From Octopus vulgaris (Eukaryota): DNA of 64,000 nucleotides. Positions within the stretch are counted from its first letter, which is position 1. Each line of letters begins with the position of its first letter. The stretch is taken from assembly GCA_951406725.2 (NCBI GenBank), contig OX597817.1, forward strand, positions 61,752,001-61,816,000, in the 5' to 3' direction. The position numbers and the translations under genes were made by a program. Of this stretch, positions 25,345 through 37,506 are shown one piece after another. The notes under the pieces were generated by a model, which was not told the origin of the DNA, ran no database searches, and worked only from the letters and a program-made list of their open reading frames with translations.

Positions 25345-25705
25345 ATAAACTCTGCCTTAGCGAAGGTGGAGGTATTGTTTCCAGTCTTGTTTGTTTGTTT
25401 GTCTGTGACAAAATGTCTCAAGAACCACTGGATGGATTTGGATGAAACTTTAAGGGATGTTTGGCCTCATGATTGACATGAGCTGATTAGATTTTGGAAT
25501 AGATCTGGTACCAGACAAGGATTCTGGATTATTTTTCCTATTTTTTCACTTAATTTTTGAGAGTGGTCAGGTTCATTTGTAGTATTCTCATTTGTGCAAG
25601 CAGTCAAGTTTATTTCAGGTATTCTCGTTTTAAAAATCATCACCAGCTGATCATTGAGAGGACGTTGGTGTTGCCATGGCAGAGGTTTGTGCTCTCTGCC
25701 TTTGT
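25345..25705 (+). mobile_element. Helentron-associated (HINE/DINE-1-like) element
   Basis: Subterminal inverted repeats ctctgcc / ggcagag, (GTTT)n-GTCTGT tract, gatttggatgaaac core. Confidence 0.65.
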
Positions 25706-26310
25706 TTTATTTTTAGTTTTGAGCTATCGCCAAATGGGAAAACCTAACACCAAACAGCTAGTCACACAAGTTGTTTAGGTGGTCTGTTTAAGGGGTAGGT
25801 AGGAGGGGTTACAGGAAGAACAGGAGCAAGGTGGAACATATAGGGATATAGGCAATGAATTAAAAACCAGCATGGTTTTTTCAAAGATCACGCTGGGCTA
25901 GCTAGAACCAGCTTTAGATATGTATATATACAAATACATTGCTATATTAGAAACAGAATGAATCTGATGAAGGAAAAGAGCAAGCTTACTGTTCAAAGTT
26001 TAAAAATCCAGGAGTGAGTGACCACACCTGGCTGAAGAATGTCTTCTATGATGATGATGATGATGATGATGGTAGCAGTGAACCGCCACCGCCACCATCA
26101 TAGAAAACATCCTTCAGTCAGTCATGGCCACTCACTCACAGACTTTTAGACTTTCAACGGTAGGCTTGTTCTTTCCCTCTGTTAAATTCATTCTGGTTCC
26201 AATACAGCAATGTTTCCATTTGTTTCTCTTCTTGTTGTTTATGTTTTCAGCTCTTTTTTTTTCGTATTTCATTTTGTTTATGGTTTGTGACATCCTGTAC
26301 CCATATATGA

Positions 26311-26344
<34 letters not shown>

Positions 26345-26354
26345 TTGTGTGTAC

Positions 26355-26401
<47 letters not shown>

Positions 26402-27134
26402 AAGGGCATCCAGTTATAGAAACCATGCCCAATCAGACAGGAGCCTGGTACAGCTTGTCAGTTCTAGTCAAATTGTTCAACCCATGCCAGCATGGACAAC
26501 AGACGTTAAATGATGATGATGACCACACACACACACACACCGGTATATGAATAACAAAAGACAAATGCAAAATCACCAAAAGTCCAAGAGACATCCACAG
26601 TGAATGGTTTGATGCTCAATGGAAAAAGTTATGAAGTGAAAAGTTAAGGGTTTAGAGCATGATCTTTTGAACATTGCCCGTCATTGGGTATACAGACAAA
26701 AGTGTAGAGAAGAGGAGAAAGACGGAAGGAAGAGAGACAGGATAAGAGAGCCAGGGGAAAATACACCTGTGTAACATAAAAATCAACAGGTGAAAGCACT
26801 TGGAGAGTTTAGAATAGCCTTGAAGTCAAAACACCTGATAACAAAGCTATGAGCCACCAAGAGAACCTCTACATGGTTGTCTAACTAGATAGAAATAGTA
26901 ATTAATTCTTCCTCAAATCACAAGTGTTGTTTTTAATAGAAGTATACACTGGATAATGTAGTCTCGAGTACACTGTGCTTGAAAAAAATAAAACGAGCAT
27001 CTGAAGAAGACCAGAGGGTACAATGACGAAAGTATTGTAACTATAACAACCAAGATAAGAACACTGGTATTAATACAACAGTATATAATAATCTAGTATA
27101 CAATTGGGGCAGTATTAAATTAAAATAGTCAACT

Positions 27135-27244
27135 ATGTATCATACTTAAAGTATACACATTGTCAATAGGCCAGTTACTGCAGCCAGAATAAATACTGCA
27201 GTAACTGGTCTATTGACAGGGCATATACATTTAGTATGATACAT
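27135..27244. repeat. ~110-bp imperfect hairpin
   Basis: tgtcaataggccagttactgcag ... ctgcagtaactggtctattgaca, with outer arms atgtatcatact / agtatgatacat. Confidence 0.85.
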
Positions 27245-28749
27245 TGATAATATTTGTTCATGTGAAAACACCTTCCTTGATGGGTCATTTTGTGGTGCTA
27301 CACTATTACTCTTATGCGTTGCTCATTTTGTTGATCCAGTATATGTAGCACCACACTGGTATGTTAACCAGTAGACTACACTGGTTTCATATTGCCCCAC
27401 CACAGTCTGCTCTGTTGTGCTCTTTTCTAATTGGACAGCAACTAAGGTAGCTTGTACATTGCTTGTTGTTGCTATGGATACAGGTGCTGCATTGGTGGAA
27501 TCATTAGCCAACCAGACAAAGTGCTTAGCAGCAGTTCATCTTCTGTCTTTATATTTTGGGCTCAAATTCCACTGAGATCAACTTCACTTTTCATCCTTTT
27601 GGGGGTCAATAAAATAAGTTACCAGTTGAGCATTGGACTCAACGTAATCAACGAGCCCCAACCCTCAAGTTTCAAGCCTTGTGCGGATAGCAAAAACAGA
27701 TTATTATTTTTTGTTTTTTCTTCCTGCATGCACCTACAGACCAAAGAGTAACAGTTTAGGAAAACCACTGGCTTTGGTGGTGGCCAGAGTTGGTTGGATT
27801 TGTGGGAATTCTTGGACTGGCCCCTGTTGGATGCCTTCTTATATCAGGAGCACTGTATCATCCATATTTTTCTTTCTTTGTCATTCATTTACCTCGTCAA
27901 CTGATTTTATGGACCCCACCCTCACCACAATTTACTTAACCTTTGTGTTGTCCCCTTCTCTGATACTGTCCATGTGGCAAATAAAGAGATCATCATCATC
28001 ATTATCACCCTCAGCAATAGCAGTAGTGGTGATGGTAGTCATAGTAGTAGTAAAAGCAGTAATAGTAGCAATGGTAGTAGTAGTAGTAGTAGTATTCTCA
28101 GTTTCTTTTCAAACCTCCTCTAGTCAATATAATACATAACTCACTCCTCTGTGGGCAATTAAAATAAGCAATCAAGTGAAAATGATGCAAATGGCCAATT
28201 AAGCCCGAGAATTATATCTCATAAGAGAAAGCTAAACAAGCAAATTAACTGAGTACACATATAGATGTCTGTGTGTATGGGTGTGTACATTTGTATGTAT
28301 GTGCAAGCATGTGGCTGTGTGTATTGAATGTGTATATATATATATATATATACACATACATATATGTGTACACAGATTATACATACAGGTACGTGTGTGT
28401 GTGTGTGTGTATGTAAAAGCATTGTGTAAATTTATCTTTCTGTATGTATTTGCACAGTGACTGCTCTTTATTCAGTAAAGTACACATGTTGTTGACACCC
28501 TGCCCCTAACACCCACTGACCTCCTTTTCTCATTGTTTATCTTACGCAACTCTTCCCTACTCCACCCCAACTCATACACAACCCTCACACCCAGTTCAAC
28601 GAAGACAATACAGAAACAAGGTTCGTTACAATAAATAATAAGGTCCTCATAGAAGTTTCATGTCATCTTTGTTTCACATTCACATCTATGATAGAAGTGT
28701 GAAGAGAACCATAGCACTTCAAAGTCAACAGATGCAAACTTAGGGGTCC

Positions 28750-29300
28750 ACAGATCCCTGTGAGCCCACATACCAAACACGGGGTTTACAAAAAAGTACT
28801 GAGGATCCAAAGAGAAAGCATTAGGAATTTGTGAGGAAAGTACTGTGTTTCATAAAGACAGCACTGAGGATCTACAAAGAACATACAGGGATTGCAAAAA
28901 GAAAGTACTTGGGGCTCTGTCATGAAAGCATTAGGAGTTCACAAAGAATGTACTGGAGGTTGCCAAGAAAGCATTAGGGATTTGTGAAGAAAATACTAAG
29001 GTTGCAGAATTGCAAAGAAAGCATTAAGAATTTATGAGGAAAGTATTAGGGTCTACAAAAAAAGCATTGGAGATTAGTGAAGAAAATACTGGAGGTTATG
29101 AATTCAGCATCTGAGGGTTTGTGAAGAAAGTGCTGGGGTCCACAAATAATTTGGGGGTTTGTGATGAAAACAGTGTGGTCTACAAAAGAAGAAGTGCAAT
29201 GAAAGCATTGTGGATCCACAAGGAAAGTACCAGAGGTTTGCAAAGAAAGGGATCCAAAAATGTGTTGAGTAGAAGGGTCTTATAAAAGCTGTGGGTCCCA
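28750..29300. repeat. Degenerate ~20-bp tandem repeat
   Basis: Recurring (a)gaaag(c/t)a(c/t)t(a/g)g..g..t.... units, e.g. gaaagcattaggaatttgtga and gaaagtactgtgtttcataaa. Confidence 0.7.
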
Positions 29301-29860
29301 TGAGAAGAATTAATTTAGATGAAAGGAATCCTTAGTAGTGAAAAATTTGGGAACCACTGCTGTGTGTAGTTGCTCTACCTCCTACAAATAACACCAAATT
29401 CCCTTAACTTACATTCTACTGTCTTAGAAAAAAACATGTTAGATACTATAGCCATGTTTTCTATGCAAAGGAAAATGACAGGGTAGTCATGGCAAGAATT
29501 TCTTTGATCATAGGTCCACTCAGCTGGGAATGATTTGGAATTAAACAACATCAACTAAAACCTCTGAGTTTCTTACATAGTCATCTGACCAATCAGAAAT
29601 AGCAGCAACATCTCCCTCAAAGTACATCCAGCCATCTTAAATAGGGAAGGACATAGATCATTCTTTCTAATTTTGGTATAAACCCAGCAATTTTGAGGGA
29701 GGAGGCAAATCAATAACATCAACCCCAGTACATGACTGGTTGCTACTTTATTGACGCCAGAAGAACAAAAAGGCAAAGTTGACTTCAGCAGGATTCAAAC
29801 TCAGAACATAAAGAGTTAGAATAAATAATACAAAACATTTTGTCCAAACCTCCAATGAAC

Positions 29861-29903
<43 letters not shown>

Positions 29904-30139
29904 TAATAATAATAATGATAATAGTAATTTCCAAATTTTTCCACAAGGGCAGCTTAAGGGAGAGGATTAAGTTGATTACATTGACCCCAGTGCATAGCTG
30001 GCACTTATTTAATCGACCCCGAAAGGATGAAAGGCAAAGTTGACCTTGGCAGAATTTGAACTCGGGATGTAGTGGCAGGTAAAATACAGCTAAGCATTTC
30101 ACCCAGCGTGCTAATGATTCTGCCACCTCACCATTTTGA

Positions 30140-30615
30140 TGATGATAATGATACATCTGGGACTTTGACTTCCAGACAGACAAGGTGTTAGAGCACCGAA
30201 GGCCAGATATAGTAACCTATAGGAGGGATAAACAAGTGTGCCTAATAATCGACGTGGCAGTGCCAGAAGGTCAACATATGAAAGAAAGAGAAAAGGTTGA
30301 TAAACATGGAGATCTGAGAATTGAGATTGCCAAGACGTGGCAAACATAAATGTTGTCCTTGTTATCACAGGAGCATTGGGTTCAATACCAGCCAAGCCAA
30401 AGAAACATCTGGAAACTTTAAAAATACCCTACAATCTAGATGCATTGCAAAAATCAGCATTACTTGGAACAGGATGCATACTGGGTGAAGTATTGTCAAT
30501 CTGAGGTCCTTGTTGTGACTTGACAAACAGTACAAACCCTTGGCAGACACAATATCTTCAAACAACATCACAAAATTGGATACTGGGCAACGTCTTAAAT
30601 AATAATAATAAAATT

Positions 30616-30660
<45 letters not shown>

Positions 30661-31620
30661 ACATGCCGATACACACAGATAGAGAAATTAAGGCCAACAG
30701 ACCAGATATAGTTGTCAGAAATCATGAAGAAAAAAAAATGCTTTCTAATTGATGTATCAATACCGGCAGATGACAACGTGTCTCTAAAAGAAACGGAGAA
30801 ACTTTCAAAATACAAAGACCTGGAAATAGAGGTAACCAGAATGTGGAATCTAAAAACAGAAACAATCCCTATCATAGTAGGTGCATTAGGCATGATAAAA
30901 AAATATTCAGACAAATAGATAACAAAAACACCAGGACTTACAAACACATATAACATACAGAAAATTGCACTACTAGGCACTGCACACATCCTATGCAGAA
31001 CACTTTCTATACAATAACCATCAGAGCATCACAACAAATCACAGCACATACCCAAGGCATACAGAGCTGCGCTCAGTAGTGAAGTGAAAGCACGCTATAA
31101 AAATAAAACTACTGAATAATAATGATAATAATAATAATACCAGACATAATTATTAAAGACATGAAAGAAAATACTTGTAGACTAATAAATGTGTTTCCAT
31201 TGATAAAAATATATCTGTAAAGGAATTTGACAAACTTAGTAAATATAAGGACCTGGAAATTGAAATACAAAAGATGTGGCATCTTAAAATGAGAACTGTT
31301 CCTGCTTTTGTGGGTGTCCTAGGTATGATAAAAAAGGAATGTCAGAAACATCTACACAACATCCCAAGAGAACCATGTCTCAAAGAAATCTAAAAAAACT
31401 GTGCTAACAAGTACTGCCAATATCCCTAGACAAAACCCTATCAATTTAAATATTTGTGTTGTATTATATGAAGATATTTCTCTACTGCCCTTGCCACTTT
31501 TCATCCCCAAGCTTTCAGTTCTGGTTCAACATCTCTTAACCTTTGCTTGCTGTAGAGTGCTGGGTGTGTTGCGGCAAGTGATGCAACAAACATGCTAAAT
31601 TAAAAGTAAATAACAATGAT
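30140..31620 (+). mobile_element. Stack of three R4/Dong-type LINE 3' fragments separated by (TAA)n
   Basis: RPD...CFLIDVSIPADDNVSLKETEKLSKYKDLEIEVTRMWNLKTETIPIIVGALG (restriction-like endonuclease); related segments at ~30180-30560, 30660-31115 and 31140-31610. Confidence 0.85.
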
Positions 31621-32681
31621 AATAACTACAACGCTTTCTACCTTAGGCACAGAGCCTGAAATATTGTGGGGATGGGACCAGTTGATTACATCAACACCAA
31701 TCTGCAACTGGTACTAACCCTGAAAGGATGAAGAAAAAAATTAATCTTTGCAGAATTTGAATTCAGTATGTAAAACTGGAAGAAATGCTGCCAAGAGTTT
31801 TCTCTGGTGTGCTGACCATTCTGCCAGGTTGCTGCCTTTAATAAATGATAAAGGGATTGAATTTTTGCACAAGACCAGCAATTCTGAGAGAATAAGACAC
31901 TTACACTGACGCCCAGTGCTTGACTAGTATTTATTTTATCAATCCTAAAAGGATGGAAAGGCAAAGTTGATCTCGGCAACATTTGAACTCAGAATGTAAA
32001 GCCAGAAAAAATGCATTTTGTCTGACACAGTAATGATTCAGTCAGATTGTCATAAGGACATATTAGAATAATACAGTCCTATATACCCTTAAGAAAGACA
32101 GAGATGGTCACGTGTCTAATGCATTTGACAACATTAGGGCTAAATTAGAATTGACCCCCCAGGGTTAAGCAACAGCTACCAAGATATTCTTTCTTTCTGG
32201 TTTCCTTCTTTTCTTCATATTTCTAAAGATTCTTTTCCTTCTTACTCTCTTTTTCAATTCTTGACAATATTTGATTTGATGCAATTCTCAAACTGGTTTA
32301 ACCACTCTTCTCATTCTTTAGTGTTTGGGTAACGTATACAAACTTTGGCAGCTGCTCTGCACACAGTGAAGGATTATGCCATACCAGTTCATTGATCTAC
32401 TCTTGCGAATTGAGACATTGTTTGCTATATTTAGAAAGTAATCATAAAAGGTTTTAATGCCAATGATTCTTATTTATTTCCTCAGTAAATGTTTTATTTT
32501 TTAAATAAATCATGGCATAATGGACGACATATTTTTCTTTCCTTCTTTTTGATTTAAACTTATCTTATATGGGATTATTCCTTCCTGACGCTTCTGTCTT
32601 TGTCATTTACTTAACATTGTGGAGGAAGGAGGGGTAGAAGAATGAGAAAAAGTAACATAATAATAATAACAACAACAACAG

Positions 32682-35645
32682 ATGAACAAAAGGCAACCTA
32701 CTACAGAATAAAGGGAAGACTACAAGAGAACGATAGCAGCATTATTTCCAAAGTTAAGAAGGTTGATCGATAGAAATGGAACCAACAAACGAAAAATGTC
32801 AATGCAATTCTGAAATACATCAGAACAAACAACATCACAGAAACAAATAATTTGATCAAGGCAGCAAGTATTGTAGCAGAAAATGTGGTTGATGTCAAGA
32901 AAAAGAAATATAATGGGAGTGACGAAAGAAAAGATCCATGGTAGAAAAGAAGAATCCAGGCAGAGTTAGACATGCTCTCGAAGGATATCTCTGTGTTAGA
33001 CTGAAAAGAGAAAGGGGAGCTTAAAAGCGAACAAAAATATAGGGCGCTGAAAAGGAAGTATAATATTGAAAGAAAGGGCCAGAAAGTAGTAATGGAGGAA
33101 CTGAAACAGCACCTCGTTGCAAAGAAAGCGAAGATGGTAAGATACGACCAAAGAATGAAGGGTTACTACGAGAATAGGTTATTCAGAGTAGATCAGAAGA
33201 GATTCTATTAAGAAATAAATAGAGAGTGTACAGATGAAAAGTTGATATCAGATAACATTGAAAGACAAAGGTTTGGGAGTGACATCTGGAGCAAAGACAA
33301 GGAGCACAAGAAGGATGCTGAGTGGTTGCAAGAACTGAAACAAACAGTAGTCTGTCCAAAACAGGCAGAACTAGTCATTTCAGTTAGGGAAGTGAAAGAA
33401 ATCCGCAAAAAAATGAGCAACTGGAAGGCCTGAGACCAGATGGAGTTCAAGGCTACTGGATCACAAGATTTGGTGAATGTCATGCACGAATAGCTGCACA
33501 GCTCAACACCTTGTCAAATGCCGACCAAGTAACACCAGAGTGGTTGACATTGGGTAGGACAGTGCTATGCTTGAAAAACACCAAAAAAAGGCAATACGGT
33601 AAACAATTACAGGCTAATATCCTGCTTGCTACTTATGTGGAAATTACTGACTGGAATACTCGCAGAGTCAATGTACAAACATCTCCACATGAGCAGAAGG
33701 GTTGCAAGCGTAAGTGCAGAGGTACCAAGGATCAAATCCTGATAGACAAAACTGTACTCAGAGACTGCAAGAGGAGGAAAAGTAAATTAACCATGTCATG
33801 GATCGACTATCGTAAGGTGTACAATATGATCCCACATTCTTGAATTATGGAATGTATGAACCTATTTTGGTATTGCATCAAATGTTGTGCAATTGCTTGG
33901 AAAAAGTATGGCGAATTGGTGGACAGACCTGACAGCATAAGGAAGAAGTTTAGGGACAGTAGAAATTAGGAGGAGCATCTTCCAAGGGGACTGCCTGTCT
34001 CCACTGATATTTGTACTGTGTTTGATACCACTAACACTGATTCTGAGGAAAGCAAAAGCTGGGTATGTATTCAAAAGCTGCCAGCAAAAAGTCAACCATT
34101 TGTTATTCATGGATGACCTCAAACTTTATGGTAAAGATGAAGCCCAAGTGAGTTCCCTCGTTGATATGGTGTATACTTTCAGTGCTGATATCAGAATGGA
34201 GTTTGGACTGAGAAAGTGTGGTGTGTTAGTCTTGAAGAGAGGGAAAATCAAATGTATGGACGGGATAACGATACCTTCGGGGGGTGGGTAATGAAACAGA
34301 CAGAAGAGACGGGCTATAAGTACTTGAAGATATTGGAAATGGATAAATTGATGGAGAAAGAAATGACAGAAAAATTTGAGGTGGAGTACTTGCACAGACT
34401 GAGACTGATCCTTAAGTCGAAATTAAACGGACAGAATAAGATTGAAGCTATCAACACCTGGGCGGTTTCACTCCTTAGATATGGAGCAGGGGTAATTGCA
34501 TGGACAGTAGATGAACTAAACAGCTTAGACAGAAAGACAGGGAAGTTATTGACTAGATATGGGTCACTCCACCCAAAAAGTGACACAGAGAGACTGTATG
34601 TACCAAGAAAAAGAGGGGGAAGAGGACTTATTGGATGCGAACACAGTATTAAAGCAGAAGAAAACAACATAGCATGGTATGTAAAAATGCCATAGAACCG
34701 CTATTATTGGAAGTAAGAAAGTCAGACTTGTGTAGGATGGAAGATTGCAAAGATAAAGCACTGTACAAGCACTTGAGAATGAATGAAACTGAAAATAGGT
34801 GGATAAGGAAAAAAATGCATGGACAATTTCATAGGGATGTTGAAGATAAGACAGACAGAGAAAAAAGATGGCTGTGGATGACTAAAAATGATTTAAAACT
34901 GAAAACAGAGGCTCTAATCTGTGCTGCCCAAGAGTAAGCACTAAGAACATAATTCGTAAAGTACAGAATAGACAACACAGCAGAAAGTGATAAGTGCAGA
35001 ATCTGTGGACAAAACAGTGAAACCGTATGGCATATTACCAACGAATGTATGCCACTAGCCAAGAAGGAATATAGGAGATGCCACGACAATATAGCCAGAC
35101 TTGGCCATTAGACACTTTGCAACATGTATGGACTTGACAGAGCAAAAAATTGGTATGACCACAAACCCGAAGGCATCGTTGAAAATAAAAATGCAAAGAT
35201 CCTATAGGATTTTATGATTCAGTGCCCATGAGATAGAGAATAGGAAGCCAGACATAGCCTTAATTGAGAAAGAAAACAAACTATGCTGGATCATAGATAT
35301 AGCATGCCCAGCTGACAAGGTATGTAATAAGGAAGAAAGAAAAGTTGATAGACATAACAAGCTAGCTTAGGAGGTTAAGCTGTTGTGGTTGCTGAAAAAG
35401 GTGGTAGTAGTACTGATAACTGTCGGAGCCCTGAGAACAGTGAGTAAAAATCTTGAGAAGTACATGGAGCAAATAGGGGTTGCAATAAGGATGAAATACT
35501 TGCAGAAAACAGCACTGCTTGGAACCGCTCGAATACTCCAAATGGTGCTCGAAAAAATAAGGGGTGTTACCTTAGTTCACTGGTAGTGAAGAGCTGACAC
35601 CATAGTACATCTCCAGCATTAGAAGCTGTGCAAAGGCAATGCTAA
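32682..35645 (+). mobile_element. R4/Dong-clade LINE (RT, CCHC finger, restriction-like endonuclease), 5'-truncated and inactive
   Basis: [72 protein letters not shown]...C, LQKTALLGTARIL; starts in a (TAA)/(CAA) tract. Confidence 0.93.
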
Positions 35646-35649
35646 TTAT

Positions 35650-36160
35650 CCCTTCGATTACAGGCAAGACATGAGCACAAACTACAGACAGTCACAGAGT
35701 CAGAGACTTGAAAAATCCTCTGCAACTTCTCGTTCTAAACAAGGTGCCAGAGCATAACAGACTGGACCTAGGGGTGGTCAACAAGATGAACCATGTGTGC
35801 TATATAGTTGATGTTGCCTGCCCCTTCAACACATGAATAGTTGAGAAGGAAAACAAAAAAAAAATCAGATAAATACAAAATGGCCTGGCTGTAGAAAATG
35901 AAGAAGGTGAAGATAGTACCAGGTATTGTTGTGTCTTTTGGGGAGAGTATGAGAAGGTATCAAGAGACATATAAAATAGTTATAGAACAGCCAACAGAAC
36001 TGTTACAAAATGTTTGTCTCCTTGCATGACCAGAATAATCAGGAAAGTATTTGATAGTTGAAAAGAACAGATAGCATGGTGCCGTAGGCTGCAGGCACCA
36101 AGCACACTATGCATGCAAGACTCCAAGAGATCTAACAAAACCTGAGATAGAAAAAAAATA
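35650..36160 (+). mobile_element. Further degenerate R4-type 3' fragment
   Basis: Remnant reading like CYIVDVACPF, followed by a TAA-rich tail. Confidence 0.5.
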
Positions 36161-36901
36161 ATAAAAATAATCCTTTCTGCTATAGGTAGAAGGCCTGACA
36201 TTTTGAGGGGAAGGGCTTGTCAATTACACTGACCACCAGTGTTTAACTGTTGCTTATTTTATTAACCACTTTGCCACTCCACCCAATAAAGGATGAAAGG
36301 CAAAGTCGACATTAACAGGATTTGAACTCAGAATGCAAAACTGGGAGAAATGTTGCTAAGAATTTTATTGGGCATGCTAATTACTCTACCAGTAGTAGTA
36401 GTAGCAGTTGCAAAAGTAGTAGTAGTAGCAGTAGTAGTGGCAGTTGCAAAAGTAGTAGTAGTAGTAGCAGTAGTAGGAGTAGTAATTTATTTTATTGGCA
36501 AAGGTATTGACAACAATACAAGGAAACACCATCATTATCATTTTACCGTTTCATTACCAACCCGGCTGAAACCGGCTCTGGCTCTGAGTACAAATGTCTT
36601 GTTTTCATAAGTTTTGAACTAAAATCTTCCACCAAACCTTAGTCACAATTTATGTTCCTAACACTAACTGAATGATAACTAAGTTATTTTACTAAATTCT
36701 TTGTTATATTTAAAGTAATTGAAAGAAACACAGACGCTCCACTGGCTTCAGTGACATTCCACAAACATGCAAAGTGCACAGGAAACACTTTCTTGAGACG
36801 ATCAATGTCTCAGACTTTGCAACACTTGTTCTCATCTCCACAAATTAAACCATTTATAAAATTTCCATATTTGTTAATTGATCTCAACCAACATTTGACT
36901 G

Positions 36902-36944
<43 letters not shown>

Positions 36945-36989
36945 AGGGAGAGAGAGAGGGAGAAGAAAGATTATAGAAGGGTTACTTAC

Positions 36990-37109
36990 TTGCTAATATG
37001 TTACCTTTGGCATTCAATGTACTAGTTTCCTCATCATATTCCGTTACGAAATTATAACATGGGTGTTTCCACATGTCAGGTAAATGGTTGCATTTTGCTT
37101 TTGTTTCAG
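36990..37109 (-). CDS. Internal exon of a claudin/PMP22-superfamily membrane protein gene (putative extracellular loop 1)
   Basis: Minus strand: acceptor cttattcacAG, a 120-bp open exon (x)ETKAKCNHLPDMWKHPCYNFVTEYDEETSTLNAKGNILA, donor GTAAGT. Phase 1/1; joins in frame (A+AA=K) to the 20908 exon. Confidence 0.85.
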
Positions 37110-37240
37110 CTGTGAATAAGATTAAATAAAATGTTTAATCTATGTGCATGGTGCATGTATGTGTGTACATTATACAACAAACATAAACTAAGAGAAATAA
37201 CTGACTATGGCCAATGGCATGAATTTGGACAACATCAATG

Positions 37241-37242
<2 letters not shown>

Positions 37243-37272
<30 letters not shown>

Positions 37273-37506
37273 GAAATTATTGTATACAGTGCTCAGGTGC
37301 ACCACAACTTGTCAAAAGTGTGTATAAAGCATATGCAGTAATGTACAAATGTCTGGAAAGTGAACAGTGTATGAGTCAGATACATGCTTGCATGTGTATG
37401 GAGGGGAGAAAATCAGGTGTATTGTTGGCGAATCTCAGGAAGCATGGAAGTTTTGAAGGATGCAGTGCTTTGACAACTAACAACTGATGCCAGCAGTTTG
37501 TTCCAT
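37243..37506 (-). mobile_element. CR1/L2-type LINE 3' end with (TTA)n tail (short copy also at ~10768-10830)
   Basis: Minus strand reads WNKLLASVVSCQSTASFK (WNxLP-like terminal motif), then UTR and (TTA)n. Confidence 0.65.

Noticed and set aside
27323-27511. 62-aa minus-strand ORF as an extra exon
   Set aside because: No clear splice sites, and the flanking exons already join in frame.
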